A stretch of DNA of 39,721 bases from an uncultured Dehalococcoidales bacterium (GCA_964429285.1 CAYSBO010000004.1:1-39721), one strand, 5' to 3'. Positions 8,370 to 16,288 are shown, counted from the first letter of the stretch. Numbers and translations are program-made. Notes: generated from the letters alone by a model not told the origin.

Positions 8370-8831
8370 GTGGGAAAAGTCGTTCTGGGAATAGGAAACA
8401 TCTTGTTTAGAGATGAAGGGATTGGTTGTCACGTGGTACGTGCTCTTGAGGGTATGGCTCTGGCCGATGCAAGAATAATAGATGGGGGCACATGTCCCGA
8501 TGTAGTTGCGCTGATTGAGGACACTGATAAACTTGTCATAGTGGATGCCGTCAAAGGAGGGGGGACGCCAGGCCAAATCTATCACTTTCGCCTTGAAGAC
8601 ATAGACCTACAAGAGAAGGCGTTTCTGTCCATTCACGACTTGAGCTTACTGGATAATCTAATGTTGATGAAGGTTTGGCGTAAGGTAGGGGAGGATGTCG
8701 TTATTGGGATTGAGCCGAAAGAAGTAGAGTGGGGCTTGGAATTGACGACGGAGCTTCGAGAGAAAATACCGGAGATAATAGAGGTCGTTATGGCAGAAGT
8801 CAATAATTCTGAAGGAGAGAGGAAATGCTGA
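8370..8831 (+). CDS. Hydrogenase maturation endopeptidase (HybD/HycI/HoxW family)
   Basis: 153 aa. The N-terminus VLGIGNILFRDEGIGCHV, then IDGGTCP and LVIVDAV, are typical of the family. It uses a GTG start with GGAGG about 11 nt upstream. It sits directly after a large subunit that retains a cleavable C-terminal extension. Confidence 0.8.
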   Translation: MGKVVLGIGNILFRDEGIGCHVVRALEGMALADARIIDGGTCPDVVALIEDTDKLVIVDAVKGGGTPGQIYHFRLEDIDLQEKAFLSIHDLSLLDNLMLMKVWRKVGEDVVIGIEPKEVEWGLELTTELREKIPEIIEVVMAEVNNSEGERKC

Positions 8832-9475
8832 TTTCAGAGCAAAAGCCACTAGAGGAAATCCTAAGTTATCTTGATGGAGATGAAAGCGTCTTTCTCATTG
8901 GCTGTAAGGGTTGTGCTGAGGGTTGGGGAAGTGGAGGGGAGCAGCAGGTAGCAGATATGGGAAACACTTTGCAGGAACAGGGTAAAGCCGTTTCGGGTTC
9001 AGTAGTTGTTGATATGCTGTGTGACCGTGCACTGATTAAATTGAAACTCAGGGCTTACAAGAAGGAAGTTGCTGCTGCCGATTCTATCCTGGTCTTGACC
9101 GATGGAGCTGGAGTGCAGACTGTGGCAGAAGTGGTGGATAAGGTGGTACATCCTGGCTGTAATACCCTGTCCGCAGGTGGGGCTCATGCCGAATGGAAAG
9201 AAGCAGAGCGCTGCCTTGAGTGCGGTGATTGTATGCTGGATTACACCGGCGGACTCTGTCCGATTGCCCGCTGTTCGAAGCATCTGCTTAATGGTCCGTG
9301 TGGCGGCTCACAAGACGGCAAATGTGAAGTTGATCCGGACATACCCTGTGTATGGCAACAGATTGTCGATCGTCTTGCCAGGATAGGGCAGCTTGACAAA
9401 TTGGAAGGGCTGGTGGCACCGAAGAACTGGAGCGTGAGTCTTACGTCAGGGCCACCGGTGAAGAGGCTTTCTTGA
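8825..9475 (+). CDS. metV: MetV-like protein (MTHFR C-terminal-domain / zinc-ribbon Fe-S protein), copy 1
   Basis: 216 aa. It has a Cys-rich C-terminal half, CLECGDCMLDYTGGLCPIARCSKHLLNGPCGGSQDGKCEV..PCVW, including the NGPCGG signature of MTHFR_C-type proteins. It lies upstream of metF, and its start overlaps the protease stop. Confidence 0.75.
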   Translation: MLISEQKPLEEILSYLDGDESVFLIGCKGCAEGWGSGGEQQVADMGNTLQEQGKAVSGSVVVDMLCDRALIKLKLRAYKKEVAAADSILVLTDGAGVQTVAEVVDKVVHPGCNTLSAGGAHAEWKEAERCLECGDCMLDYTGGLCPIARCSKHLLNGPCGGSQDGKCEVDPDIPCVWQQIVDRLARIGQLDKLEGLVAPKNWSVSLTSGPPVKRLS

Positions 9476-9560
9476 ATGTCAATGTGCGTGAGAGAGGCAG
9501 TCTTAGATGGACACCCATAAGCCACACGTGTCAAATAAACAAATCATCTAGGAGGCAAAA

Positions 9561-10292
9561 ATGAATGCACAAGTCCGAAAACCTTTTGAGGAAGTTCTAG
9601 GATACCTTGAAGGTAGAAAGAAGATATTCCTTATGGGTTGTGGGGGGTGCGCTACAATCTTTCATACGGGTGGCATAAGGGAAGTAGATGAAATGGCAGA
9701 GAAACTAACGAAAGAAGGGAAGGAGATAGTAGGTAAAATCGGATTGCCTTTTGCGGTATTCGCCTGCTACCTCCCTATGTCCTCCATGTTTCTGAAGGAA
9801 CACAGGGACGAGATAGAGCAGTGTGATGCCATCTTAATGCAGAGTTGTGGGGACGGTGCGCAAGCAGTGCGTGGATATCTGGAGGAGGAAATGGGCATTG
9901 TAAAGCCCATATATCCATCAAACAATGCTCTCGGGTTTTCAAGCGGAGGACCAAGCACGTTCAAGGAGGAATGCCAGGCCTGCGGGGAATGTGAGCTTGG
10001 GCGAACTGCTGGGATTTGTCCGCTGGTACAATGTCCCAAAGGGTTGTTGAACGGTCCCTGTGGAGGGACAACTACGGATGGAAAATGTGAAGTAGAACCT
10101 ACCCGAGATTGTGCTTGGGTTATGATATACAGAAGATTGCAGGCACTTGGGGAACTAGGCGACCTGTCGACAATACAGGAGCCGCATGATTGGAGCAAAG
10201 CGGTGAGGCCACGCAGTCTGGAAGTTGAAGCCATCGACCTACTACAGGAGCTGAAGGGAACAAAGAAGGTATTAGAGGCACTAGGCGTGTAG
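9561..10292 (+). CDS. metV: MetV-like protein, copy 2 (paralog of 8825-9475)
   Basis: 243 aa. It has the same architecture: N-terminal F(L/M)xGCxGCA domain, then CQACGECELGRTAGICPLVQCPKGLLNGPCGGTTTDGKCEV..DCAW. AGGAGG lies upstream of the ATG. Confidence 0.75.
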   Translation: MNAQVRKPFEEVLGYLEGRKKIFLMGCGGCATIFHTGGIREVDEMAEKLTKEGKEIVGKIGLPFAVFACYLPMSSMFLKEHRDEIEQCDAILMQSCGDGAQAVRGYLEEEMGIVKPIYPSNNALGFSSGGPSTFKEECQACGECELGRTAGICPLVQCPKGLLNGPCGGTTTDGKCEVEPTRDCAWVMIYRRLQALGELGDLSTIQEPHDWSKAVRPRSLEVEAIDLLQELKGTKKVLEALGV

Positions 10293-10317
10293 CAAATAGC
10301 AAGACCAGGAGGAACAC

Positions 10318-11247
10318 ATGAAAACGAAAGGCAATCTGGAGCGGGTGCTAGAGGCAGGACAATTTGCAGTCACAGGCGAACTAGGTCCACCACAGAGTGC
10401 TGACCCGGAGGTAATAAGGAGAAAGGCGAGAATCCTCAAGGGTAATATTGACGCTGCCAATGTCACCGATGGGCAGACCGCAGTGGTGCGGATGGCGTCA
10501 TGGGCAGCTTGCCTCATAGCCAAGGATGAAGGGCTGGATCCTATCGTGCAAATGACCTGCCGTGACCGCAATCGCATTGCTCTTCAGATGGACGTGCTAG
10601 GCATAGCAGCACTGGGCATGAGTAATATGCTGTGTCTGACTGGCGACCACCAGAAGTTCGGGAATCACCCTATGGCCAAAGGCGTCTATGACCTTGATTC
10701 TATTCAGTTTGTTAAGATGGTGAAGGATATGCGGGACGAGAGAAAGTTTCAGTGTGGTGAAGAGATGGAAGTTGGGCCGCGTCTCTTCATCGGGGCTGCT
10801 GCCAATCCCTTTGCCGACCCTGCTGAGTTCAGGGCGGTGCGTCTGGGCAAGAAAGTGGCAGCGGGCGTAGATTTCATCCAGACCCAGCTTGTTTATAATG
10901 TGGATAAATTTGCGGAATGGATGAAAAAGGTACGCGACCAAGGATTACATGAGAGGGTCAAGATATTGGCCGGTGTCGGCCCCATAAAGTCGGTTGGTGC
11001 TGCCAAGTATATGAAAACTAGAGTTCCTGGGATGGATGTGCCTGACGGCGTCGTTGCGCGGCTTCAAGGAGTACCTAAGGAGGAGGTACCTAGGGAAGGT
11101 ATCAAGCTTTGCGTTGACATTATTGAGCAGGTGCGCGAAATTGAGGGGGTGACTGGCATCCACGTCATGGCTATTGAGTGGGAGGAAGCTGTGCCTGAGA
11201 TACTAAAAGCGGCTGGTCTTCTGCCGCGCCCTAGGTTTGGCACATAA
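10318..11247 (+). CDS. metF: 5,10-methylenetetrahydrofolate reductase (MetF, acetogen/anaerobe type)
   Basis: 309 aa. FAVTGELGPP, ANVTDGQTA, MTCRDRN and CLTGDH are typical of MetF TIM-barrel flavoproteins. AGGAGG lies upstream. It sits in a Wood-Ljungdahl context. Confidence 0.9.
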   Translation: MKTKGNLERVLEAGQFAVTGELGPPQSADPEVIRRKARILKGNIDAANVTDGQTAVVRMASWAACLIAKDEGLDPIVQMTCRDRNRIALQMDVLGIAALGMSNMLCLTGDHQKFGNHPMAKGVYDLDSIQFVKMVKDMRDERKFQCGEEMEVGPRLFIGAAANPFADPAEFRAVRLGKKVAAGVDFIQTQLVYNVDKFAEWMKKVRDQGLHERVKILAGVGPIKSVGAAKYMKTRVPGMDVPDGVVARLQGVPKEEVPREGIKLCVDIIEQVREIEGVTGIHVMAIEWEEAVPEILKAAGLLPRPRFGT

Positions 11248-11894
11248 TGAAGGAGCATAGTTCTTCGTCAGCTAGTCCGTGGGAACGGAGTTTTGACCTC
11301 TCCTATAAACTTGCTCGTGAGCAATTAGTCAGAATCAATGACATGGAGGAACAGTGTCGCAAAAGCGGAGCCAGATACCTGGCACCTAACGAGGTAGTTC
11401 TGGATTATCTCAGCCAGCCGTACCATATTCTGCTTCCCGATGCCAAGATTGTGTCGGAAGGTGAGGGCGTGGAAGTTCCATTGAAAGACAAAATCCTGAT
11501 ATTACACTATTTTACTTCGGCGAAAGGGACACCGGCTAGTGGCATATTGATTACCTATAAACAAGTGCCCGGTGGTGTCAGCTATTTCTCGGCGTTTTAC
11601 AAGAGGACGATAATGCCTTTGGTGAAACACTTCGGCACGAAGCCTGAGTTGCTGAAAGTTATATCGGCGAAGTTCGGTGGCTACGAGACAGACCGTGGAG
11701 ATGAATCTGTGACGGTCAACGCCTTCCCTCATGTGCCTATAACGTTAGTGCTCTGGAAAGGCGATGACGAGGTGGCTCCCAATGGGACCATTCTGTTCGA
11801 TGCTAACGTTTCGGATTATCTTTCCACCGAGGATGTGGCTGTCCTTAGCGAAACTATCACCTGGAAGCTCGTCAAGAGTATTCCACCTGCCTAA
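11247..11894 (+). CDS. Conserved protein of unknown function, DUF3786-like (family often found in Wood-Ljungdahl clusters)
   Basis: 215 aa. I recognised the pattern by eye (LDYLSQPYHILLP, VNAFPHVPITLVLWKGDDEV..ILFDANVSDYLSTEDV). The start codon shares a base with the metF stop (TAATG), which suggests translational coupling. The family assignment is from memory only. Confidence 0.5.
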   Translation: MKEHSSSSASPWERSFDLSYKLAREQLVRINDMEEQCRKSGARYLAPNEVVLDYLSQPYHILLPDAKIVSEGEGVEVPLKDKILILHYFTSAKGTPASGILITYKQVPGGVSYFSAFYKRTIMPLVKHFGTKPELLKVISAKFGGYETDRGDESVTVNAFPHVPITLVLWKGDDEVAPNGTILFDANVSDYLSTEDVAVLSETITWKLVKSIPPA

Positions 11895-12117
11895 GGCCAA
11901 CAATTGCATTATTATCTCTTAACGGGGACCAGTTACTCTCAAAATGTCTGGTTGTGCTAAGGGCCGTATCTATGATATAGTCCAACCCTTGGAGTTGCTC
12001 TCTGGAACTTGATTGACCTGATGTTTTGGAGCCAACTATCTCTAGTGCCAGATTCTGTCGGTTTGCCTACCCGGATCAAGGTGGCATAACTATCGTTGTT
12101 CAAGGAAGGAACGGACA

Positions 12118-15100
12118 ATGGCTGAAGACGACACAATCACAATAAGCATGGACGGCAGGGACGCACAGGCCAGGCAGGGACAGACAATACTGGAAGCTGC
12201 CAGAAGCACAGGAATCTATATTCCCAGCCTGTGCTACTATCCCGGCCTTAAACCTCTACCCCAGGTAATCCCTGACGAAGCTTGTCAGCTTTGTGTAGTG
12301 GAAGCAAATGGTAAGCTTGTCCTCTCCTGTACCACTCCCATCTCTGACAAAATGGTGGTCAAGACAAACACGCCAAGGGTTAGAGAGGTACAGCAGAAGA
12401 ATCTACTTGCCATTCTGGCTAGACAACCTGCGGATGTCTGCTCGGGGAGGGATGATTGTGAACTCCAGCAAGCCATCGACCATATTGGTTTAGAGCAGCT
12501 ACCTGTCCATGTTCCCAGGTCTTTAGCCCCTTCAGAGGATAATCCCTTCTTTGCCCGCGATTCCAGTTTCTGCATTCTATGCAATCGGTGCCTTCGGGTG
12601 TGTGATGAGATAAGGGGACTTGGTGTAATTGAGACTGCCTTTCCTTGCCAGGTAGCTTGTCCTGCCGGCATAGATGTTCCTCGCTATATTCGTCTTGTTG
12701 CAAGGGGCAAACCGAGCGCAGCCCTGGCAGTAATAAGAGAAAAAGTCCCTTTCCCTGCCGTATTGGGTAGGGTATGCGCTGCGCCATGCCAGGAGGAATG
12801 CCGACGTGGCCGTGACGTAGATAAGGCTTTACACATAAGGATGCTTAAGCGTTTCGCCGCTGATAAAGGTGATGATAGCTGGAAGCATCAAGCCGAGTTT
12901 CTTCCAGCGACCGGGAAGAGCGTAGCAATAGTGGGGGCGGGCCCGGCTGGGCTCACCTGTGCTTACTATCTGGCCAAGCTGGGACACAAAGTAACCTTGT
13001 TGGAAGCTCTCTCGGAGCCCGGTGGAATGATGAGAGTAGGAATCCCTGAATATCGCCTCCCGCGGAACATACTCCGCGACGAAATTCGAGAAATCGAGGG
13101 TGTAGGCGTGGAAATCAAATTGAACACCCGAATTGAATCGCTGGATTCCCTTTTTGAACATGGATACCAGGCCATATTCCTTGCTATAGGTGCCCACGAG
13201 GAGATGGCTCTGAATATTGAAGGGGAGGATTTGCCCGGGGTAATTGGTTGTGTGGAATTCTTACGACGGTTCAACCTTGGAGAGAGGATGGAGATAGGAG
13301 ACAGAGTAGGAGTGATTGGTGGGGGGAACGTTGCCATTGATTCTGCCCGTGCCGCCTTGCGGCTAGGTGCCAAAACGGTAGCCATTTTCTACCGCAGGAC
13401 AAAGAACGAGATGCCGGCTCAAGCGGAAGAGGTAGACCAGGCTTTGGAGGAAGGAATCGAGGTGATCTTCCTGGTCGCCCCTTCAAGAATTCGGAAGCAA
13501 AACAGTGACTTAGAATTGGAGCTGGTGCGCATGGAACTAGGGGAGCCAGATCCTAGTGGGAGACGCCGTCCCATCCCCATCGAAGGGAGTGAGTTTGTTG
13601 CCGGACTCGATACTTTGATTGCTGCCATCGGCGAACGACCTGATGTCCCAGCAGAGTTTCAGGTTCAGTTGGGACGAGGAAACGTATTGCAGGTCAACCA
13701 AGACCTCAGCACTAGTCGAGACGGCGTTTTTGCTGGTGGCGACTGCGTGACCGGGCCGGGCTTGGTTATCGATGCTATTGCGGCAGGAAGAAGGGCGGCC
13801 CAGTCTATAGATCGCTACCTGGGAGGCAACGGAGATATCACAGAGCACCTTGTGCCTGCTGAAGAAGGAATAACCTGGTCGAAAGATGTTACCCAAGGGG
13901 AGAGGCTGGCCAAGGTATCCTACGTTCCGCCTGAAGCGCGGATAAAGGGTCTCGCCGAGGTGGAGTACGGCTTGAACTGGGAGATGGCGATTGCCGAGGC
14001 TCAACGTTGCCTTCAGTGTCATGTTATCGCACCAGTGGAAGGGCGAACGCTTCGCGAGGCTGGCTGCAAGTTCTGCGGTGCCTGTGTTGATTCCTGTCCT
14101 ACGGGCGCTCTCACCGATGTGGCTACACGAGGAGTTGCCAAGCCCGACCGCACGATTGCCACGATTTGCCCGTATTGTGGTGTTGGCTGTCAACTGAAAT
14201 TGGAGGTCAAGGATGAGAAGATAATAGCGTCTATTCCAGATCCGAATGGCCTAGCTAACCGTGGGCAGGCATGTGTCAAAGGCCGTTTTGGCATCGCGGA
14301 GTTCGTTCACCATTCTGAGAGATTGACCACCCCGCTGATAAGGAAGAACGGCGAGTTCAAAGAAGCATCCTGGGACCAGGCACTGGAGTTAGTGGCAGAG
14401 AGACTGAGAAGCTACAAAAGCGACGAAATCGGGTTCATCACCTCGGCCAAGTGCACAAATGAAGAGAACTATGTAATGCAGAAATTGGCCCGGGCGGTAT
14501 TGGGCACCAACAACGTTGACCACTGTGCGCGTCTGTGTCATGCCCCTACTGTGGCTGGCCTGGTACAGAGCTTCGGCAGCGGGGCCATGACCAATTCCAT
14601 TAACGAAATCGGCGATGCAGCTTGCATTCTGGCTATTGGTACCAACACTACGGAAGACCATCCTGTGATTGCACTTGAAATGAAAAGGGCAGTGAACAAT
14701 GGAGGAAAGCTAATAGTGGCTAACCCCCGAGAAATTGAGCTCTGTCGCTTCGCCAGCCTCTGGTTGCAGCATAGACCTGGCACAGATGTGGCTCTCCTCA
14801 TGGGGATGATGCGGGTCATAGTAGATGAGGGATTATTGGACTCGGGGTTTATCAAGGAGAGATGTGAAGACTTCGAGGCTTTCAAGGAATCACTAAAGGA
14901 CTTTGATCTTGATTTTGTTGAGAGGGTCACTAACGTACCCCGTGACAAGATAGCGGAAGGTGCTCGTATGTTTGCCAGCAATAGTCCTGCCAGCATCCTG
15001 TATTCCATGGGGATTACGCAACATTCTCACGGCACGGACAATGTCCTGGCTACCGCCAACCTGGCCATGCTAACTGGAAACATGGGCAAGCGATCAACGG

Positions 15101-16215
15101 GGGTTAATCCACTGAGGGGCCAGAACAACGTGCAGGGCGCGTGCGATATGGGTGCCTTGCCTAATGTCTACCCCGGCTATCAGGCAGTGAGCAACCCAGA
15201 TATCAGAGAGAAGTTCGAAGCTGCCTGGGGGTGTTCATTGCCCCCGTCTTTCAAAGACAAATTTGGAATCACCTATGGATCCCCGTTGCCGTCATCTCCA
15301 GGGCTGACCCTGGTTGAAATGCTTGAAGCTGCGTACCGCAAAGAGATCAAAGCGTTATATCTGGTTGGTGAGAATCCAGCCTTAAGCGACCCTGATAGCC
15401 AGCATGTCCAGGAAGCGCTGAGTCGTCTTGATTTCCTGGTGGTTCAGGATATATTCCTTTCTGAGACGGCGAAGCTTGCGCATGTCGTGCTGCCAGCAGC
15501 AAGTTTTGCCGAAAAAGATGGCACCTTCACTAACACTGACCGCAGGGTGCAACGAGTAAGAAAGGTCATCGAGCCCATCGGCAATTCAAAGCCTGATTGG
15601 TGGATCGTTTGTCAGGTGGCTCAAAGACTAGAGGCGAAGGGCTTTGACTTCGGCCATCCATCTGAGATAATGGAAGAAATCCGGAATCTCACTCCCAGCT
15701 ATGCTGGGATTAGTTACCAAAGACTGGAGAATGGCGGACTCCAGTGGCCTTGCCCCTTAGATGATCATCCAGGCACGCCGATACTGCATACAAATGTTTT
15801 CGTGAGGGGGAAGGGGAGATTCGTTCCTCTAAAATACATTCCTCCGGGCGAAATGCCGGATGAAGAGTATCCTCTCGTTCTAACCACAGGGCGCAGTTTG
15901 TATCATTTCCACACTGGTACGATGACCCGGAAGGTAGCCGGACTCAATACTATGGAGCCTGAAGGCGTGTTGGAAATCAGCCCCCAGGATGCTTCGCACC
16001 TTGGCATAGCTGAAGGTGACAAGGTCGAAATCAGCTCCCGACGCGGTGCACTAGTCACCAAAGCCAGAGTAACCGAGGAATTGCCACCCGGGCTGGTGTT
16101 TATGGCCTTCCATTTCGCAGAAAGTGCGGCTAATATCCTCACCAACCCCAAACTCGACCCTGTGTCCAAGATTCCTGAGCTCAAAGTGTCGGCGGTTAGG
16201 GTGAAGAAAGTATGA
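12118..16215 (+). CDS. fdhA: Fusion protein: NuoG-like [2Fe-2S]/[4Fe-4S] N-terminus + GltD/NfnB-like FAD/NAD(P)H oxidoreductase module + molybdo/tungstopterin formate dehydrogenase alpha subunit (Cys type)
   Basis: It is a single uninterrupted 1365-codon ORF. The domains, in order:
- 2Fe-2S: SLCYY...CQLCVVE...SC.
- A CILCNRCLRVC motif.
- GltD-type CPAGIDVPRYI...GRVCAAPCQEECRRG.
- Rossmann motifs VAIVGAGPAGL and VGVIGGGNVAIDSAR, and the flavin motif GVFAGGDCVTGP.
- A ferredoxin motif CKFCGACVDSCPTGAL.
- MopB 4Fe-4S ICPYCGVGC.
- Active-site DHCARLCHAP, with Cys codon TGT at 14536-14538.
- RGQNNVQGACD. Confidence 0.85.
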   Translation: MAEDDTITISMDGRDAQARQGQTILEAARSTGIYIPSLCYYPGLKPLPQVIPDEACQLCVVEANGKLVLSCTTPISDKMVVKTNTPRVREVQQKNLLAILARQPADVCSGRDDCELQQAIDHIGLEQLPVHVPRSLAPSEDNPFFARDSSFCILCNRCLRVCDEIRGLGVIETAFPCQVACPAGIDVPRYIRLVARGKPSAALAVIREKVPFPAVLGRVCAAPCQEECRRGRDVDKALHIRMLKRFAADKGDDSWKHQAEFLPATGKSVAIVGAGPAGLTCAYYLAKLGHKVTLLEALSEPGGMMRVGIPEYRLPRNILRDEIREIEGVGVEIKLNTRIESLDSLFEHGYQAIFLAIGAHEEMALNIEGEDLPGVIGCVEFLRRFNLGERMEIGDRVGVIGGGNVAIDSARAALRLGAKTVAIFYRRTKNEMPAQAEEVDQALEEGIEVIFLVAPSRIRKQNSDLELELVRMELGEPDPSGRRRPIPIEGSEFVAGLDTLIAAIGERPDVPAEFQVQLGRGNVLQVNQDLSTSRDGVFAGGDCVTGPGLVIDAIAAGRRAAQSIDRYLGGNGDITEHLVPAEEGITWSKDVTQGERLAKVSYVPPEARIKGLAEVEYGLNWEMAIAEAQRCLQCHVIAPVEGRTLREAGCKFCGACVDSCPTGALTDVATRGVAKPDRTIATICPYCGVGCQLKLEVKDEKIIASIPDPNGLANRGQACVKGRFGIAEFVHHSERLTTPLIRKNGEFKEASWDQALELVAERLRSYKSDEIGFITSAKCTNEENYVMQKLARAVLGTNNVDHCARLCHAPTVAGLVQSFGSGAMTNSINEIGDAACILAIGTNTTEDHPVIALEMKRAVNNGGKLIVANPREIELCRFASLWLQHRPGTDVALLMGMMRVIVDEGLLDSGFIKERCEDFEAFKESLKDFDLDFVERVTNVPRDKIAEGARMFASNSPASILYSMGITQHSHGTDNVLATANLAMLTGNMGKRSTGVNPLRGQNNVQGACDMGALPNVYPGYQAVSNPDIREKFEAAWGCSLPPSFKDKFGITYGSPLPSSPGLTLVEMLEAAYRKEIKALYLVGENPALSDPDSQHVQEALSRLDFLVVQDIFLSETAKLAHVVLPAASFAEKDGTFTNTDRRVQRVRKVIEPIGNSKPDWWIVCQVAQRLEAKGFDFGHPSEIMEEIRNLTPSYAGISYQRLENGGLQWPCPLDDHPGTPILHTNVFVRGKGRFVPLKYIPPGEMPDEEYPLVLTTGRSLYHFHTGTMTRKVAGLNTMEPEGVLEISPQDASHLGIAEGDKVEISSRRGALVTKARVTEELPPGLVFMAFHFAESAANILTNPKLDPVSKIPELKVSAVRVKKV

Positions 16216-16288
16216 GCACGTTGCCAGTAATGAGACGAGGCTCGGCAGTGGTACAAGCGCGGGAGTAGGCAGAAGCGGCGCTACCTGG

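Noticed and set aside
11895-12117. The 223-nt non-coding gap upstream of the molybdopterin FDH fusion, considered as a possible Moco/Tuco riboswitch or internal promoter.
   Set aside because: I could not recognise the conserved Moco-motif core or a convincing -35/-10 pair by eye. A covariance-model scan (Rfam Moco RNA motif) would be needed to settle it.
13537-14193. A 218-aa - strand ORF inside the FdhA fusion gene, with similar shadow ORFs at 12285-12671, 12966-13385 and 14538-15008.
   Set aside because: They are antisense to a 1365-codon ORF that has strong domain motifs throughout. Their composition is typical of an antisense frame.
14536-14538. Possible selenocysteine (in-frame TGA plus SECIS) at the FDH active site. 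The equivalent site in FdhA-2 is 22465-22467.
   Set aside because: The codons are TGT and TGC (Cys) in CARLCHAP and CARLCHAS, so both enzymes are the Cys type. The hydrogenase L2 motif is also all-Cys.
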